64,000 nt of DNA from positions 292,649 through 356,648 of the forward strand of contig JAYOEY010000001.1 in NCBI GenBank assembly GCA_038116945.1, given 5' to 3'. The stretch's first letter is position 1, and each line of letters begins with the position of its first letter. A program made the translations under genes and the position numbers. This DNA comes from Rhodospirillales bacterium. GTDB taxonomy: Bacteria > Pseudomonadota > Alphaproteobacteria > MPNO01 > UBA2964. This document shows, piece after piece, positions 1 through 10,010 of this stretch. The notes under the pieces are model-generated. The model ran no database searches. It had not been told where the DNA came from and saw nothing but the letters and a program-made list of their open reading frames with translations.

Positions 1-281
1 CCTGGCGGAAGGAGCCACGCTGGCTGGAAATTGAGGCGGTTCTCCAGAAAATCATGCTGGAGGAAAAGAACATTCATCCGAACCTCGATTATCCGGCAGG
101 GCCGGCCTATTACCTGATGGGCTTCGACATCGACATGTACACGCCGATCTTCGTCATGAGCCGGATCACCGGCTGGACGGCGCACATCATGGAACAGGAC
201 GCCGACAACCGTCTGATCCGGCCGCTTTCGGCCTATACCGGGGTGAAACAGCGCAAGGTGCCCGCGATTGCAAAGCGGTAA
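1..281 (+). CDS. gltA: citrate synthase, C-terminal fragment (gene begins upstream of window)
   Basis: Frame is open to the window edge and stops at TAA 279-281. NLDYPAGPAYYLMGFDIDMYTPIFVMSRITGWTAHIMEQ matches the conserved C-terminal region of type II citrate synthases. Confidence 0.85.
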   Translation, partial: WRKEPRWLEIEAVLQKIMLEEKNIHPNLDYPAGPAYYLMGFDIDMYTPIFVMSRITGWTAHIMEQDADNRLIRPLSAYTGVKQRKVPAIAKR

Positions 282-330
282 ATCCGGGACGTTGCCTGAC
301 CGGCTTCCCGACCGGAGTACCAGTTTTCTG

Positions 331-357
331 CTTGCCGGTCCGGTCGGCAGGGTTTTG
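331..357 (+). terminator. candidate intrinsic terminator after gltA
   Basis: About 7-bp stem (CTTGCCG / CGGCAGG, one G-U pair) with a 7-nt loop, followed by GTTTTG. Confidence 0.4.
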
Positions 358-414
358 CTGCGCCCGTGGTTCGACCGGGTTGCTCTCCATTTCGTGGCCA
401 ACTGGTATCTGCCG

Positions 415-1659
415 ATGTCCCGGGGATGGGCGGCTGGAATTGGGTCGGGGGGATCGTTCGAGAGATTTCGCAACCAGATCGGCCCGGCGGCGGACCGCCT
501 GGGAAATGCAAAAGCCCTGCTGGTCGAGATGCAGGATCAGCTTCGCCTTCAGCAGGAGGCGGCCGCAAAATGGGAAAACGTATTTTTTGGCGGTTCGGCG
601 CCGGAAAAATCCGTGTTGCTTGAAGCGGAGGTCAGGCGCGTCGATACGACGAATCGCCTGATGTTCATGCGGCGGCATTTCGCGGGGGTGCGGCGCAGCC
701 TTCCCGCGGCCCGCTGGCAGGTTGCCGGTCCTGACGAGACGCGGCTGCGGCAGATGGATCGTCTGGCAGATCCGGCCGCTGCTTTTTCCGGAACAGAACG
801 GAGCAGGATATACGAGTCGCACGCCGTACCGGGACCGAGGGGAGACGAGTTCTGGATCCGGATGCGACCGCCGGTGCTGGGCACCGGGGAGTGGGCCTGG
901 TGCAGGGTCCAAATGCCCCGTAACGGAGATGTGAAAGGCATCCTGATCCTGCTCCAGGGGATTTTCATTGAGCCGGAAATGTGGCGATCTCTCGCTGCGC
1001 CGGCCGCGACCCTGGTCGACAGGGGAATTGCTCTGATAACCCCTGAAGCGCCCTGGCATGGGCGGCGCTGCCCGTTGGGCGAATATGGCGGGGAAAGTAT
1101 CCTGGGCCGCGGCCCGCTGGGGTTCATCGACGCCCTGGAAGCGGCTGTCGTGGAAGCCGGACAGTGGATTCAGTGGGGCCGAGAACGGACCGACGCCCCG
1201 ATTGCTATCGGAGGCGTCAGTCTTGGGGCGCTGACCGCGCAGGTCGTCCTATCCGCGTCGAGCAACTGGCCGGAATCGGCCCGACCGGATGGCGGACTGC
1301 TGGTTACGACGACAGACGATATGGTCGAGGCGGCATTCGACGGTTCGCTCGCTACCGCGACGGGTCTCAGGAAGAAAATGCAGGACGCCGGCTGGACGCG
1401 CGATGCCCTGGGAAAATTTGCGCCATTGCTTGAGCCATCCCCCGATGTCCCGATCGACCCGGACAAGATTGTCATGGTTCTGGGAAGCGAAGATACGATT
1501 ACGGCCTACAGGGGTGGATGTTCCCTGGCCGAAAAATGGCTGGTTCCTTCTGGCAATCTTTTCGTGAGCCGGCGCGGACATTTTTCCGCATCGCTCGGCC
1601 TCTGCCGGGATGTCGCGCCGCTCGACCGGATGGCCGATATCCTTCTCGCTAACGGCTGA
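415..1659 (+). CDS. alpha/beta-fold hydrolase with a roughly 250-aa N-terminal region of unknown function
   Basis: GVSLG nucleophile elbow, downstream GSEDT and RRGHFS as candidate Asp and His. The track ORF starts at TTG 268 inside the gltA terminator; I chose ATG 415, but the start is uncertain. Confidence 0.6.
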   Translation: MSRGWAAGIGSGGSFERFRNQIGPAADRLGNAKALLVEMQDQLRLQQEAAAKWENVFFGGSAPEKSVLLEAEVRRVDTTNRLMFMRRHFAGVRRSLPAARWQVAGPDETRLRQMDRLADPAAAFSGTERSRIYESHAVPGPRGDEFWIRMRPPVLGTGEWAWCRVQMPRNGDVKGILILLQGIFIEPEMWRSLAAPAATLVDRGIALITPEAPWHGRRCPLGEYGGESILGRGPLGFIDALEAAVVEAGQWIQWGRERTDAPIAIGGVSLGALTAQVVLSASSNWPESARPDGGLLVTTTDDMVEAAFDGSLATATGLRKKMQDAGWTRDALGKFAPLLEPSPDVPIDPDKIVMVLGSEDTITAYRGGCSLAEKWLVPSGNLFVSRRGHFSASLGLCRDVAPLDRMADILLANG

Positions 1660-2569
1660 TCTGGGGAGTAGGCGGCGTTTTTTTCTGCATGGCCTCCCGG
1701 TGCACGATATAGACGCAGGATGCGAGAATTATCGCACCACCGCCGACCGCCCAGAGGTCGGGTACTTCGCCGAAAAAGAGGAACCCGGCGATCCCTGATA
1801 TGATGATTCGCGTGAAGTCGAACGGTGCGATAATTGTCATTTCGCCGGTGCCGTAGGCCCGGGTCAGGCAGTACTGGCCGGACGATCCGAAAAAACCCAG
1901 CAGGACGAGCCAGGCCCATTCGGTCGGGGTTGGCATCTCCATCACGAACAGGGCCGGAACGCCGAGGATCACGGTGCCGTACATCAGGAAGTAGAACACG
2001 ATTTTTTGCGCCTGTTCGGTTCGTGTCAGGTCCTTCATGGTGGCGAGGGCGCAGGCAGCGAGGATGGCGCCCAGTATTGCGACCATCGCCGCCGGATCGA
2101 TTCCGGCTTGCGGCTTGACCACCAGAAGGACTCCGCAAAAGCCTGCCAGGGTTGCCATTGTTCGGCGCAGCCGGACCCGTTCCCCGAGAAACAGTGCGGC
2201 GATGATGATCGACCAGAGCGGTATGGTGAAGGTCAGGACGGTCGCATCGGCCAGCAGCATGTGATGCACCGCGTATACAGCACAGAACAGAGATGTCGCG
2301 CCGAAAAAGGCTCTCCAGAAAAGGGCTGCGTGACGTTCCGATTTGAGCGCCCCGATCCCGTTTGCAAACAGCCAGGGAAGGCAGAACAGGAGGCTCATGA
2401 ACATGCGGAACGCGCCGACCTCGAGAACCGGGAGGGTTCTCATGAGAATTTTCGCCGTGACGAACATGCCGGTCAGAAGGCTTACCGCCAGCAGCATCCA
2501 AAGCACGCCGATCACGTTGGGCGACAGGATGGAATTGTTGCCCGCTGGTCCGGCTTGTTGGGAAGTCAT
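1649..2569 (-). CDS. DMT superfamily (EamA-like) transporter
   Basis: 306 aa with about 10 hydrophobic spans and the duplicated EamA-type architecture. Its 3-prime end overlaps the convergent hydrolase gene by 11 nt. Confidence 0.8.
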   Translation of the reverse strand: MTSQQAGPAGNNSILSPNVIGVLWMLLAVSLLTGMFVTAKILMRTLPVLEVGAFRMFMSLLFCLPWLFANGIGALKSERHAALFWRAFFGATSLFCAVYAVHHMLLADATVLTFTIPLWSIIIAALFLGERVRLRRTMATLAGFCGVLLVVKPQAGIDPAAMVAILGAILAACALATMKDLTRTEQAQKIVFYFLMYGTVILGVPALFVMEMPTPTEWAWLVLLGFFGSSGQYCLTRAYGTGEMTIIAPFDFTRIIISGIAGFLFFGEVPDLWAVGGGAIILASCVYIVHREAMQKKTPPTPQISR

Positions 2570-2703
2570 CTGGCCTGAGTTGGCGTAAGAAAAAAGGGTG
2601 CAGGCAGTATTACCTGTAATCGGCTTGGGGCGCTACTCGGTCGCACCGGGTAGCGTCGCATCGGGAGAAATGCTCATATGCCGGAAATCGACAGGAACCG
2701 GCG

Positions 2704-3018
2704 ATGATTTACGAAGAACGAATATATACCATTCAGCCTGGAAAAATGGCTGAATACCTTGATAACTACGAACGGTTGGGCCTTCCGGTGCAGATGGAAG
2801 TGCTGGGTACCCTTGTCGGGTTCTGGCACACCGATGTGGGAGGGCTGAACAGGGTTGTTCATATCTGGGGATACGACAGCCTCGACGACAGGCTTGAACG
2901 GCGAGCGGCGCTTGCGGCGCATCCGGGGTGGCCAGCCTATCTCGATGTTGCTTTGCCGCTGATCGTCGAACAGGAAAACCGCGTCCTGATTCCCGCCAGC
3001 TTCTCGCCTGCAAGATAA
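2704..3018 (+). CDS. NIPSNAP family protein
   Basis: 104 aa. MIYEERIYTIQPGK...VVHIWGYDSLDDRLERR is typical of single-domain NIPSNAP proteins. Confidence 0.75.
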   Translation: MIYEERIYTIQPGKMAEYLDNYERLGLPVQMEVLGTLVGFWHTDVGGLNRVVHIWGYDSLDDRLERRAALAAHPGWPAYLDVALPLIVEQENRVLIPASFSPAR

Positions 3019-3027
3019 GGACGCACG

Positions 3028-4146
3028 TCACGCGCCGAGCGCGGCAAGCGGATCGGCGTAATCGAGCCCCTGGGCGTTCGCAACAGCTTCGTGGGTCACG
3101 AGCCCGTTATGGATGTTGAGGCCGTGAAGCAGGTGACTGTCATCGCGCAGCGCCTTGACGACGCCGGATTCCGCCAGACGGAGTATGAAGGGCAGGGTCG
3201 CGTTGTTGAGCGCGAAGGTGGACGTGCGGGCCACTGCGCCAGGCATGTTTGTGACGCAGTAATGGACAACGCCTTCCTCGATGTAATACGGGTCTGAATG
3301 GGTGGTCGGCCTGCTGGTTTCAACGCAGCCGCCCTGATCGATCGCGACATCGACGATCACCGATCCGCGTTTCATGGCTTTCACCATGTCGCGTGTGACC
3401 AGGCGAGGCGCTTCCGCTCCGGGTACAAGCACCGCTCCGATCACCAGATCGGCCTCCAGCACGGCCTCTTCGATGCTGAGCGACGTTGAGTAAAGCGTCG
3501 TGATCAGGCTCTGAAACTGAAAATCGAGTTCAGCCATTCGCCGCTGCGCCTTGTCGATGACGGTAACGCTCGCGCCCATGCCGGTCGCGACGAAGGCCGC
3601 GTTTGCGCCGACCACGCCGCCGCCGATGATGACGACTTTTCCCTGCGTTACGCCCGGCACGCCGCCAAGCAGGACGCCGCGGCCGCCGCGTTCGATCTCG
3701 AGCCCGGTGGCCCCGGCCTGCACCGCCATGCGACCCGCGACCTCGCTCATCGGGGCGAGGAGGGGGAGTCCGCCTTCGCGATCAGTGACGGTTTCGTAGG
3801 CAATGGCGGTCGCACCGCTCTTCAGGAGGCCCTCGGTCTGGGCATCGTCTGGCGCGAGATGGAGGTAGGTAAAAAGGGCCTGTCCTTTTCGGAGCAGCGC
3901 TATCTCCCCGGCTTGCGGTTCTTTCACCTTGATGACGAGGTCGGCCGCCGCGAACACCGCTTCGGCATCGGCAGCGATCTTCGCGCCGGCGGCTTCATAA
4001 TGCTCGTCGTCGATCCCGATCGCATGTCCGGCATCGTGCTGAATGAACACCTCATGGCCGCGTCGGGTCAGTTCCAGGACACCCGGCGGAGTCATGCCGA
4101 CCCGGTACTCGTGGTTCTTGATCTCCTTTGGAATGCCGACTCGCAT
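3028..4146 (-). CDS. ald: alanine dehydrogenase
   Basis: [21 protein letters not shown]-terminus and a GGGVVG Rossmann motif. The 372-aa length fits Ald. Confidence 0.9.
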   Translation of the reverse strand: MRVGIPKEIKNHEYRVGMTPPGVLELTRRGHEVFIQHDAGHAIGIDDEHYEAAGAKIAADAEAVFAAADLVIKVKEPQAGEIALLRKGQALFTYLHLAPDDAQTEGLLKSGATAIAYETVTDREGGLPLLAPMSEVAGRMAVQAGATGLEIERGGRGVLLGGVPGVTQGKVVIIGGGVVGANAAFVATGMGASVTVIDKAQRRMAELDFQFQSLITTLYSTSLSIEEAVLEADLVIGAVLVPGAEAPRLVTRDMVKAMKRGSVIVDVAIDQGGCVETSRPTTHSDPYYIEEGVVHYCVTNMPGAVARTSTFALNNATLPFILRLAESGVVKALRDDSHLLHGLNIHNGLVTHEAVANAQGLDYADPLAALGA

Positions 4147-4248
4147 GATCGTCTCCTGCCGCAGTTGCGGAAAATTTGTCCGGCGTTCCCGGACAGGGCT
4201 CTGCTTTCGAGATAAGATCGCGCCATTCGATTAACAAGGACAGTACAG

Positions 4249-5256
4249 ATGCGCGCGCTGATGTTGCACGAATTGGGAGAGCCGGAGGATTTGCGTCTCG
4301 AGGAGGTTCGTCCGCCGGTTCCGGGGCCTGGCGAGGTGCTGGTCGATCTCTACGCCGCGGCGGTGAATTTTCCCGATCTGCTGAGCATTCAGGGCAAGTA
4401 TCAGCTCCGTCCCGATATGCCCTTCGCGCCGGGCAAGGAAGGAGCGGGGATTGTATCGGCGGTAGGCGAGGGCGTTACCCGGGTGAAACCGGGGGATCGG
4501 GTGATGATCCAGGTAGATTGGGGAAGCTTCGCGGAGCAGGCCGTGGCGCCGGAACACGATTGCTACCCGGTGCCGGACGGGATCGGGCTTGACCAGGCCG
4601 CTGCCGTGGGGATCGCCTATCAGACCGCCTGGTTTTCGCTCACTGACCGGGCAAACGTGCAGAAGGGCGAAACCGTCCTGGTAACGGCTGCGAGCGGCAG
4701 TGTCGGTCTGGCTACCATGCAGCTTGCGAAGAACGTATTCGGTTGCAGGGTGATCGCCGGTCTCACCACCATGTCGAAGGCAAAAGATGCGCTGGCCAAC
4801 GGTGCGGACGATGTGATCGATCTGTCGGCCGACAATCCGAGGGATGCGATCCGGGATCAGGTTTTTGCCCTTACCGGCGGAGACGGGGTCGACGTCGTTA
4901 TCGAAATAAGCGGAGGCGAGATTTTTGCCGGCGCGCTGCGCTGTCTCAAATTCAGGGGGCGTCTCGTGGTCGTTGGATTCACTTCAGGCGATATACCCGA
5001 AATGCGGACCAACTATCTGTTGCTCAAGAATATTTCGGTTCTGGGCGTCGACCGTTCCCAGTATCGCGACCTGTGGCCGGACGCGATGCAGGAAGCGCAG
5101 GCGGAGATCTTCGCGCACATGGTCAATGGCAGGATTTCGATGCCGATCCAGGCGCGTTTTCCGATGGAGGAAATCGTCCCGGCGTTCGACATCATCCGCA
5201 ATCGCGATGTCCGGGGGAAAATCGTTCTGACGATCCGGGAAGAGGCGCAGAAATGA
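4249..5256 (+). CDS. NADPH:quinone oxidoreductase-like MDR family oxidoreductase
   Basis: 335 aa with the zeta-crystallin/Qor pattern (PGPGEVLV, AASGSVG nucleotide-binding motif, no structural zinc Cys cluster). Confidence 0.8.
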   Translation: MRALMLHELGEPEDLRLEEVRPPVPGPGEVLVDLYAAAVNFPDLLSIQGKYQLRPDMPFAPGKEGAGIVSAVGEGVTRVKPGDRVMIQVDWGSFAEQAVAPEHDCYPVPDGIGLDQAAAVGIAYQTAWFSLTDRANVQKGETVLVTAASGSVGLATMQLAKNVFGCRVIAGLTTMSKAKDALANGADDVIDLSADNPRDAIRDQVFALTGGDGVDVVIEISGGEIFAGALRCLKFRGRLVVVGFTSGDIPEMRTNYLLLKNISVLGVDRSQYRDLWPDAMQEAQAEIFAHMVNGRISMPIQARFPMEEIVPAFDIIRNRDVRGKIVLTIREEAQK

Positions 5257-5290
5257 AAAATCCCGGCCGCGCTAACGGCCGGGATTGTTC
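5257..5290. terminator. bidirectional intrinsic terminator between convergent genes
   Basis: Perfect 11-bp stem AATCCCGGCCG/CGGCCGGGATT (5259-5269 and 5276-5286) with a 6-nt loop. There is an A-run upstream and TTGTT downstream, so a U-tract follows on the minus strand. Confidence 0.6.
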
Positions 5291-5310
5291 GTCGGGTTAA
5301 CTGGAAAAAC

Positions 5311-5880
5311 CTACCACTTCTTGGCGGGAAGCGGATTGTCCCGAGCTTCCTCGAGGCTGCTCACGCGATGGAACTGGTTCGCGGGACGCAGATGGCCGTC
5401 CTTGTCTACCTGGTCCATGTCGCAATAGAGCTCGAACTCGAAACCGTCGGGATCGCAGAAATGCAATGCCGCGTTGCCGCCGGCACCCTTGCGCCCCTGG
5501 AAGACGACCGGAATGTTGTTCTCCTGAAGATAGTCGCGGGCCTTGAACAGGACGTCGATACTGTCGACTTCAAGGGCGAGATGCTCCATTTTCAGGGCTT
5601 CTTCGCCCTGCGGGCGGCGCTTTGCCTTTCCCGGCTTTAGGCCGATCGCGTGATGATCCGAGCCGCAGCGGAAGAAAACCATGCCGATCTCGTTCCGGTC
5701 GGTCTCTTCGAAGCCCATCACTTCGCTCCAGAACCGGGCGGTGCGCTCGACATCGGTGACTTCGTATACAAAATGTCCGAGCTTGTTCACCTTGATGGGC
5801 GATTTGCCGGTATAGCTCTCGGGGTGGTGCTTTTCGGCGGCTTCGCGCTGTGTGTCTACGTGGGTTGCCAGTGTGGCCAT
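5311..5880 (-). CDS. VOC (glyoxalase/extradiol dioxygenase) family protein
   Basis: LGHFVYEVTDVERTARFWSEVMGF and HLALEVD motifs. Start trimmed to ATG 5880, which is preceded by GAGGAGGAA. Confidence 0.7.
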   Translation of the reverse strand: MATLATHVDTQREAAEKHHPESYTGKSPIKVNKLGHFVYEVTDVERTARFWSEVMGFEETDRNEIGMVFFRCGSDHHAIGLKPGKAKRRPQGEEALKMEHLALEVDSIDVLFKARDYLQENNIPVVFQGRKGAGGNAALHFCDPDGFEFELYCDMDQVDKDGHLRPANQFHRVSSLEEARDNPLPAKKW

Positions 5881-5919
5881 GTCTTCCTCCTCTGACGACG
5901 TTGTCGAGTAGCGATTCAA

Positions 5920-6498
5920 CTACGAATTGGGACCGGTCCATTCCGATACGATATCGGCGTATTCGGGACGGGCCCGGTCGGTCGGTTCCTGGTTCCTGGA
6001 GCCGAGATAAATGAAACCGGCGATCCGGTCGGAGGGCTCCAGTCCCAGAGCCGCCTTGACCTGATCGTTATAGGCGTACCATTCCGTAATCCACTGTGCA
6101 GCGTACCCCATGGAAAGCGCCGATGTCAGCATGTTCTGACACGCCGCGCCCGACGAGAGTATCTGTTCCCATTCCGGGATCTTGTGCGCCGGATTGGTGC
6201 GGGATGCCACCGCGATCACGACAGGGGCCCGGATGAACCGTTCCTTTTCGATCTCGACCTGTTCTTCGATGCAGTCCGGGTTTGCCTTCTTGAAGGCCTC
6301 GCCGAGAACCGCGCCCATTTTCTCGCGGTTTTCGCCCTTGATGACGATAAAACGCCAGGGCGTCAGCCGCCCATGGTCCGGCACGCGCATGCCCGCCCGC
6401 AGGATCTTTTCGACATCCGCATCGGCGGGGCCAGGCCCCTGCATGTCACGCACGACGATGGAGCGGCGGCTAAGCAGAAAATCGGACAGATCGGTCAT
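5920..6498 (-). CDS. nitroreductase family protein
   Basis: LLSRRSIV...PDHGRLTPWRFIVI pattern typical of NfnB/BluB-like nitroreductase folds; 192 aa. Confidence 0.8.
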   Translation of the reverse strand: MTDLSDFLLSRRSIVVRDMQGPGPADADVEKILRAGMRVPDHGRLTPWRFIVIKGENREKMGAVLGEAFKKANPDCIEEQVEIEKERFIRAPVVIAVASRTNPAHKIPEWEQILSSGAACQNMLTSALSMGYAAQWITEWYAYNDQVKAALGLEPSDRIAGFIYLGSRNQEPTDRARPEYADIVSEWTGPNS

Positions 6499-6569
6499 TG
6501 GAACGTATTCCTGAAGTCGTTTCTGGATGGAAGAATTATCGCAATTTCTGGGGCCTTGTCATCACCCGG

Positions 6570-8021
6570 TCAAGCGCGATCGTCGGCTTTAGGCGGGTCT
6601 CCCCGTGCGACAAGCATGAACATGAAGGCGATGGCGACAGCGAGCGGGACCATGTTGGCTCCGTAGACGAAGGTGATCGCCCGTCCAACGGCCTGCGCCT
6701 CGGTCCCGTCACCGAGACCGACGATATTGGCGAGCATGCCGGCGAGCGCCGCGCCGACGGCAGTACCGAGCGACCGGAAGGACGGCAGGGCGGAGGCGGT
6801 TATTCGCTCTTCGCCTTTCCGAGCGAAACCCATGGTTCGGGCCAGCAGGTGGACGTTATGCGTGCCGACGCCGAGCCCGAGAATGACGGCGGACAGGGTG
6901 AGCACCCAGAGCAGCGGCAATGTAGCCGTGACGGTGATCCCGGCCAGGCCGACAGCCATCAGGATGGGGCCGATCCAGAGCGCAAATCTTTCCTTCGCGC
7001 CGCTCCAGCCGGAGACGACGAAGGTGCCGATGGTCCAGCCAAGAGAAATGCACAGGCTGACGAGGCTGACGAACAGGGGTCTGACGTCGTGCACGACCTG
7101 TAGCAGCAGCGGCAGGAACAGGGGTACGGAAGTCTGCACGAGCCCGCCCAGCAGAAGTACCCAGAGGGACAGCCCGACGGGCGATTTCAGGGAAAGCGCA
7201 CCGGTTGGGTAAAGCCGGTTATCGGAACGTCGGTCGAGCCGCAGTATGGTGAAGGCGATGAGAGCAAGCCCGGCTGCGATAAGCGCTGCCCTCTGGAGCG
7301 GAGCCGAAACGGCGCCGGCCAGCGCTATTCCGAATACGCCGCATGCCAGCAGGGAAATACGTCCGATCGGAATATTCCTGTTCTGCGGCTGAGCGTCGCC
7401 TTCGTTCCGTTCCGGCAGGCGTATCCAGGCCAGTATGGAGAAGGCAAGGAGTATGGGCACCATGGTCCAGAAGGATCCACGCCACCAGCCGATCTCCGCG
7501 AAGACGCCGCCGACCGCAGGCCCCAACAATTGTGCGACCATCCAGACGCCCTGGTTCATGGCAATGATTCGGGTTCGCAGAGCGGCGGGGAACAGCGTAC
7601 TGATCAGCGCCATCCCGCCGCCCGTCGTAAGTCCGCTGGCAAAGCCCTGGATTCCTCGGGCAGCGATCAGGGAGGCCATGTCGGGCGCCAGCGCGCACCA
7701 GAGCGTGCCGAGCATGAAGACAAAGCCGCTGATGGCGTAGCCTTTGCGCTGGTTAAACCTTGCCCAGATAGGCCCCACACTGGCCGCGCCTACGATCGAT
7801 CCGATGGTGTAAAGCAGGGTCGGCCATGTGTAGTAGGCCGCTCCGCCGATATCCGCGACGACGGTCGGCATGACGATGGCGATGACGAGGACATTAAGTG
7901 CGTGAAGGGCGACACCGCCGATCACAAGAATAGAAAACAGGCCTCGCCCTTCCCTGAACAGCTCCCGCCATTCAGCCTTTTCCTCGGTCGTGCCGGACGT
8001 CCGCGAGGCGTTGTCGCTCAT
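6570..8021 (-). CDS. MFS transporter (14-TMS-like)
   Basis: 483 aa, highly hydrophobic, many predicted spans. Its start overlaps the stop of the upstream small ORF by 4 nt. Confidence 0.85.
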   Translation of the reverse strand: MSDNASRTSGTTEEKAEWRELFREGRGLFSILVIGGVALHALNVLVIAIVMPTVVADIGGAAYYTWPTLLYTIGSIVGAASVGPIWARFNQRKGYAISGFVFMLGTLWCALAPDMASLIAARGIQGFASGLTTGGGMALISTLFPAALRTRIIAMNQGVWMVAQLLGPAVGGVFAEIGWWRGSFWTMVPILLAFSILAWIRLPERNEGDAQPQNRNIPIGRISLLACGVFGIALAGAVSAPLQRAALIAAGLALIAFTILRLDRRSDNRLYPTGALSLKSPVGLSLWVLLLGGLVQTSVPLFLPLLLQVVHDVRPLFVSLVSLCISLGWTIGTFVVSGWSGAKERFALWIGPILMAVGLAGITVTATLPLLWVLTLSAVILGLGVGTHNVHLLARTMGFARKGEERITASALPSFRSLGTAVGAALAGMLANIVGLGDGTEAQAVGRAITFVYGANMVPLAVAIAFMFMLVARGDPPKADDRA

Positions 8022-8287
8022 GATTTCGTTTTATGTTCGGCTGTCGACGGCCTTTCGAGACGGAAATGCCACCAGGCCATGACGCATTGAGAGAAGTTCG
8101 GTTCCGTTATGCCGTGGATATAGAATTCCGCCATGATCCGGCCTCTCGCGATCATCCGCGGCGCGCTCCATTCGTCGGCGTACTCCTGTTCCAGCCAGGT
8201 ACAGGGATCGAAACTCCGGTATCGGTAATAGGTCGCGCCCGTGGCGGCGATTCCGGCGAGGAGGGCAAGGATCAGGAGATTTTTCAT
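8018..8287 (-). CDS. small hypothetical protein with N-terminal signal or anchor sequence
   Basis: MKNLLILALLAGIAATGA hydrophobic N-terminus. It has 4-nt overlaps with both neighbours (ligase stop and MFS start). I recognise no family. Confidence 0.5.
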   Translation of the reverse strand: MKNLLILALLAGIAATGATYYRYRSFDPCTWLEQEYADEWSAPRMIARGRIMAEFYIHGITEPNFSQCVMAWWHFRLERPSTAEHKTKS

Positions 8288-9945
8288 GCGTCAGCAGTAC
8301 CTGATTTCGCCGTGCGCTCGCGTTCGAGCTGCCGCAGGGCGCCGCGCTGGATCTTGCCTGTCGCGGTGTGGGGAAGCTCGTCCACGAATTCGATCGCGCG
8401 CGGGTATTTGAAGGCGGATATCTGCGCTTTAACGAAATCCTGAAGTTCGCCGATCAGGGCCTTCTCGTTTTCGATGCTAATGGCGGGTTCGATAAACGCC
8501 TTCACGATTTCGCCGCGATGGGGATCCGGCGATCCGACCACGGCGCAGTCCCGGACGGCCGGGTGCTCCTGCAGGACCGCTTCCACCTCGAGGCCGGACA
8601 CGTTGTAGCCGCCGGTCAGGATCATGTCATCGGTGCGTGCCTCGTAGGCGATATAGCCGCCTTCTTCCCAGCGGCAGAGATCGCCCGAGAGGTTCCAGCC
8701 GTCGCGGATATAGGCAGTCTGGCGACCGATATCGTCCAGATAACGGCACCCGTTCGGTCCCTTGACGATCATCTGGCCGGTCTCGCCGGGTTTTACGTCG
8801 TTGAATTCCTCATCGACCACGCGGACCTGAAAACCGGGCACGGCCTTGCCGATTAGGCCTGGCCGAATGTCGTCGCCCGATGCCGAAATAAAGATGTGCA
8901 GGAGTTCCGATATGCCGAGTCCGTTGATAATCCGAATGCCCGTCTTTTCTTCCCATTCGTGAAACGTCGCAGGCGCCAGCGGTTCGCCGCCCGCGATACA
9001 GAGACGCAGGGACGACGTGTCGTAGCGATCCAGCAGGGGGAGCATCATCTTGTAGCCGGACGGTGTCGAAAAACACACGGTCGCCTTTTCGTCCTGAATT
9101 GTTTGCAGGAGGACTTCGGGGGTGCCGCGTTCGAGAACGATGGCGGACGCGCCGAACCGCATCGTGTCCGGCATGTAAGCGCAAAGACCGTACAGAAAGG
9201 CGATCTGGGGGCTGCCGCAAACGATGTCGTCCGGCTTGATCCCCACCACGTAACGGATAAACGTGTCGGCAACCGCGAGAATGTCGCGATGGAAATGGAG
9301 CGTCCCTTTGGGGGTTCCGGTGGACCCGGAAGTAAAGCCGATGATCGCGGGATCGTCGGCGGCTGTATCGACATCCTCGAAACGGTCGGAATTCGTTTTC
9401 ATGCGCCGTTCGAGCCCGTCCGGCCGCTCATCGCCGAAATAAAGGATTTCCCGAAGCGTTTCGGTCTTGCCGGCGGCGGCTTCGATATCGTCGGCCAGCT
9501 TGGCCTCGGAAATCGCGATCTGCACTTTGGCCTTATCGATCATGTAGACCAGTTCGCGCTCGCGCAGCACAGGCATCGTGGATATGGCGATGCCGCCGGC
9601 CTTGAGCACCGCGAACCACGCTGCAATCAGCATCGGGTGGTTGGAAGAGCGGAGCAGCACGCGTTCGCCCGGAATGAGATTGCAGTCCTGGACGAGAACG
9701 TTGGCGATCCTGTTGGCCTGCGCCCGCAGTTCGGCGTAGCTCCAGACGGAATCTCCGAAGCGGACGGCCGGACGGTCCGGGCCGAACTCTTCGATTGTTC
9801 TGTCGAGCAGTTCTGTCGCAACGTTCATCCGGTCCGGATAGGCGGCCAGCTCCGGCAGGACGGAGTAATCCATCTCGGGCCAAAGCTCTTCAGGCGGCAG
9901 ATTGTCCCGGATGAAGCTGTCTTTGTGGGCGGTGGGTGCGGACAT
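8284..9945 (-). CDS. AMP-dependent aryl/acyl-CoA ligase (benzoate/2-aminobenzoate-CoA ligase-like)
   Basis: FTSGSTGTPKG AMP-binding motif, YRTDDMI-like ARTDDMIL, C-terminal GKIQR. The N-terminus FIRDNLPPEELWPE resembles aryl-CoA ligases. Confidence 0.8.
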   Translation of the reverse strand: MSAPTAHKDSFIRDNLPPEELWPEMDYSVLPELAAYPDRMNVATELLDRTIEEFGPDRPAVRFGDSVWSYAELRAQANRIANVLVQDCNLIPGERVLLRSSNHPMLIAAWFAVLKAGGIAISTMPVLRERELVYMIDKAKVQIAISEAKLADDIEAAAGKTETLREILYFGDERPDGLERRMKTNSDRFEDVDTAADDPAIIGFTSGSTGTPKGTLHFHRDILAVADTFIRYVVGIKPDDIVCGSPQIAFLYGLCAYMPDTMRFGASAIVLERGTPEVLLQTIQDEKATVCFSTPSGYKMMLPLLDRYDTSSLRLCIAGGEPLAPATFHEWEEKTGIRIINGLGISELLHIFISASGDDIRPGLIGKAVPGFQVRVVDEEFNDVKPGETGQMIVKGPNGCRYLDDIGRQTAYIRDGWNLSGDLCRWEEGGYIAYEARTDDMILTGGYNVSGLEVEAVLQEHPAVRDCAVVGSPDPHRGEIVKAFIEPAISIENEKALIGELQDFVKAQISAFKYPRAIEFVDELPHTATGKIQRGALRQLERERTAKSGTADA

Positions 9946-10010
9946 CGGAAACCGTTCAGTGGAAGGCGGAATTTAGGCGCATGCGCCGAGCATGCCAAGG
10001 ACATGAACGA

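Noticed and set aside
187-1127. Minus-strand ORFs of 290 and 192 aa opposite the gltA end and the hydrolase gene
   Set aside because: They have Pro/Arg/Gly-rich shadow composition, cross the gltA terminator and carry no motifs.
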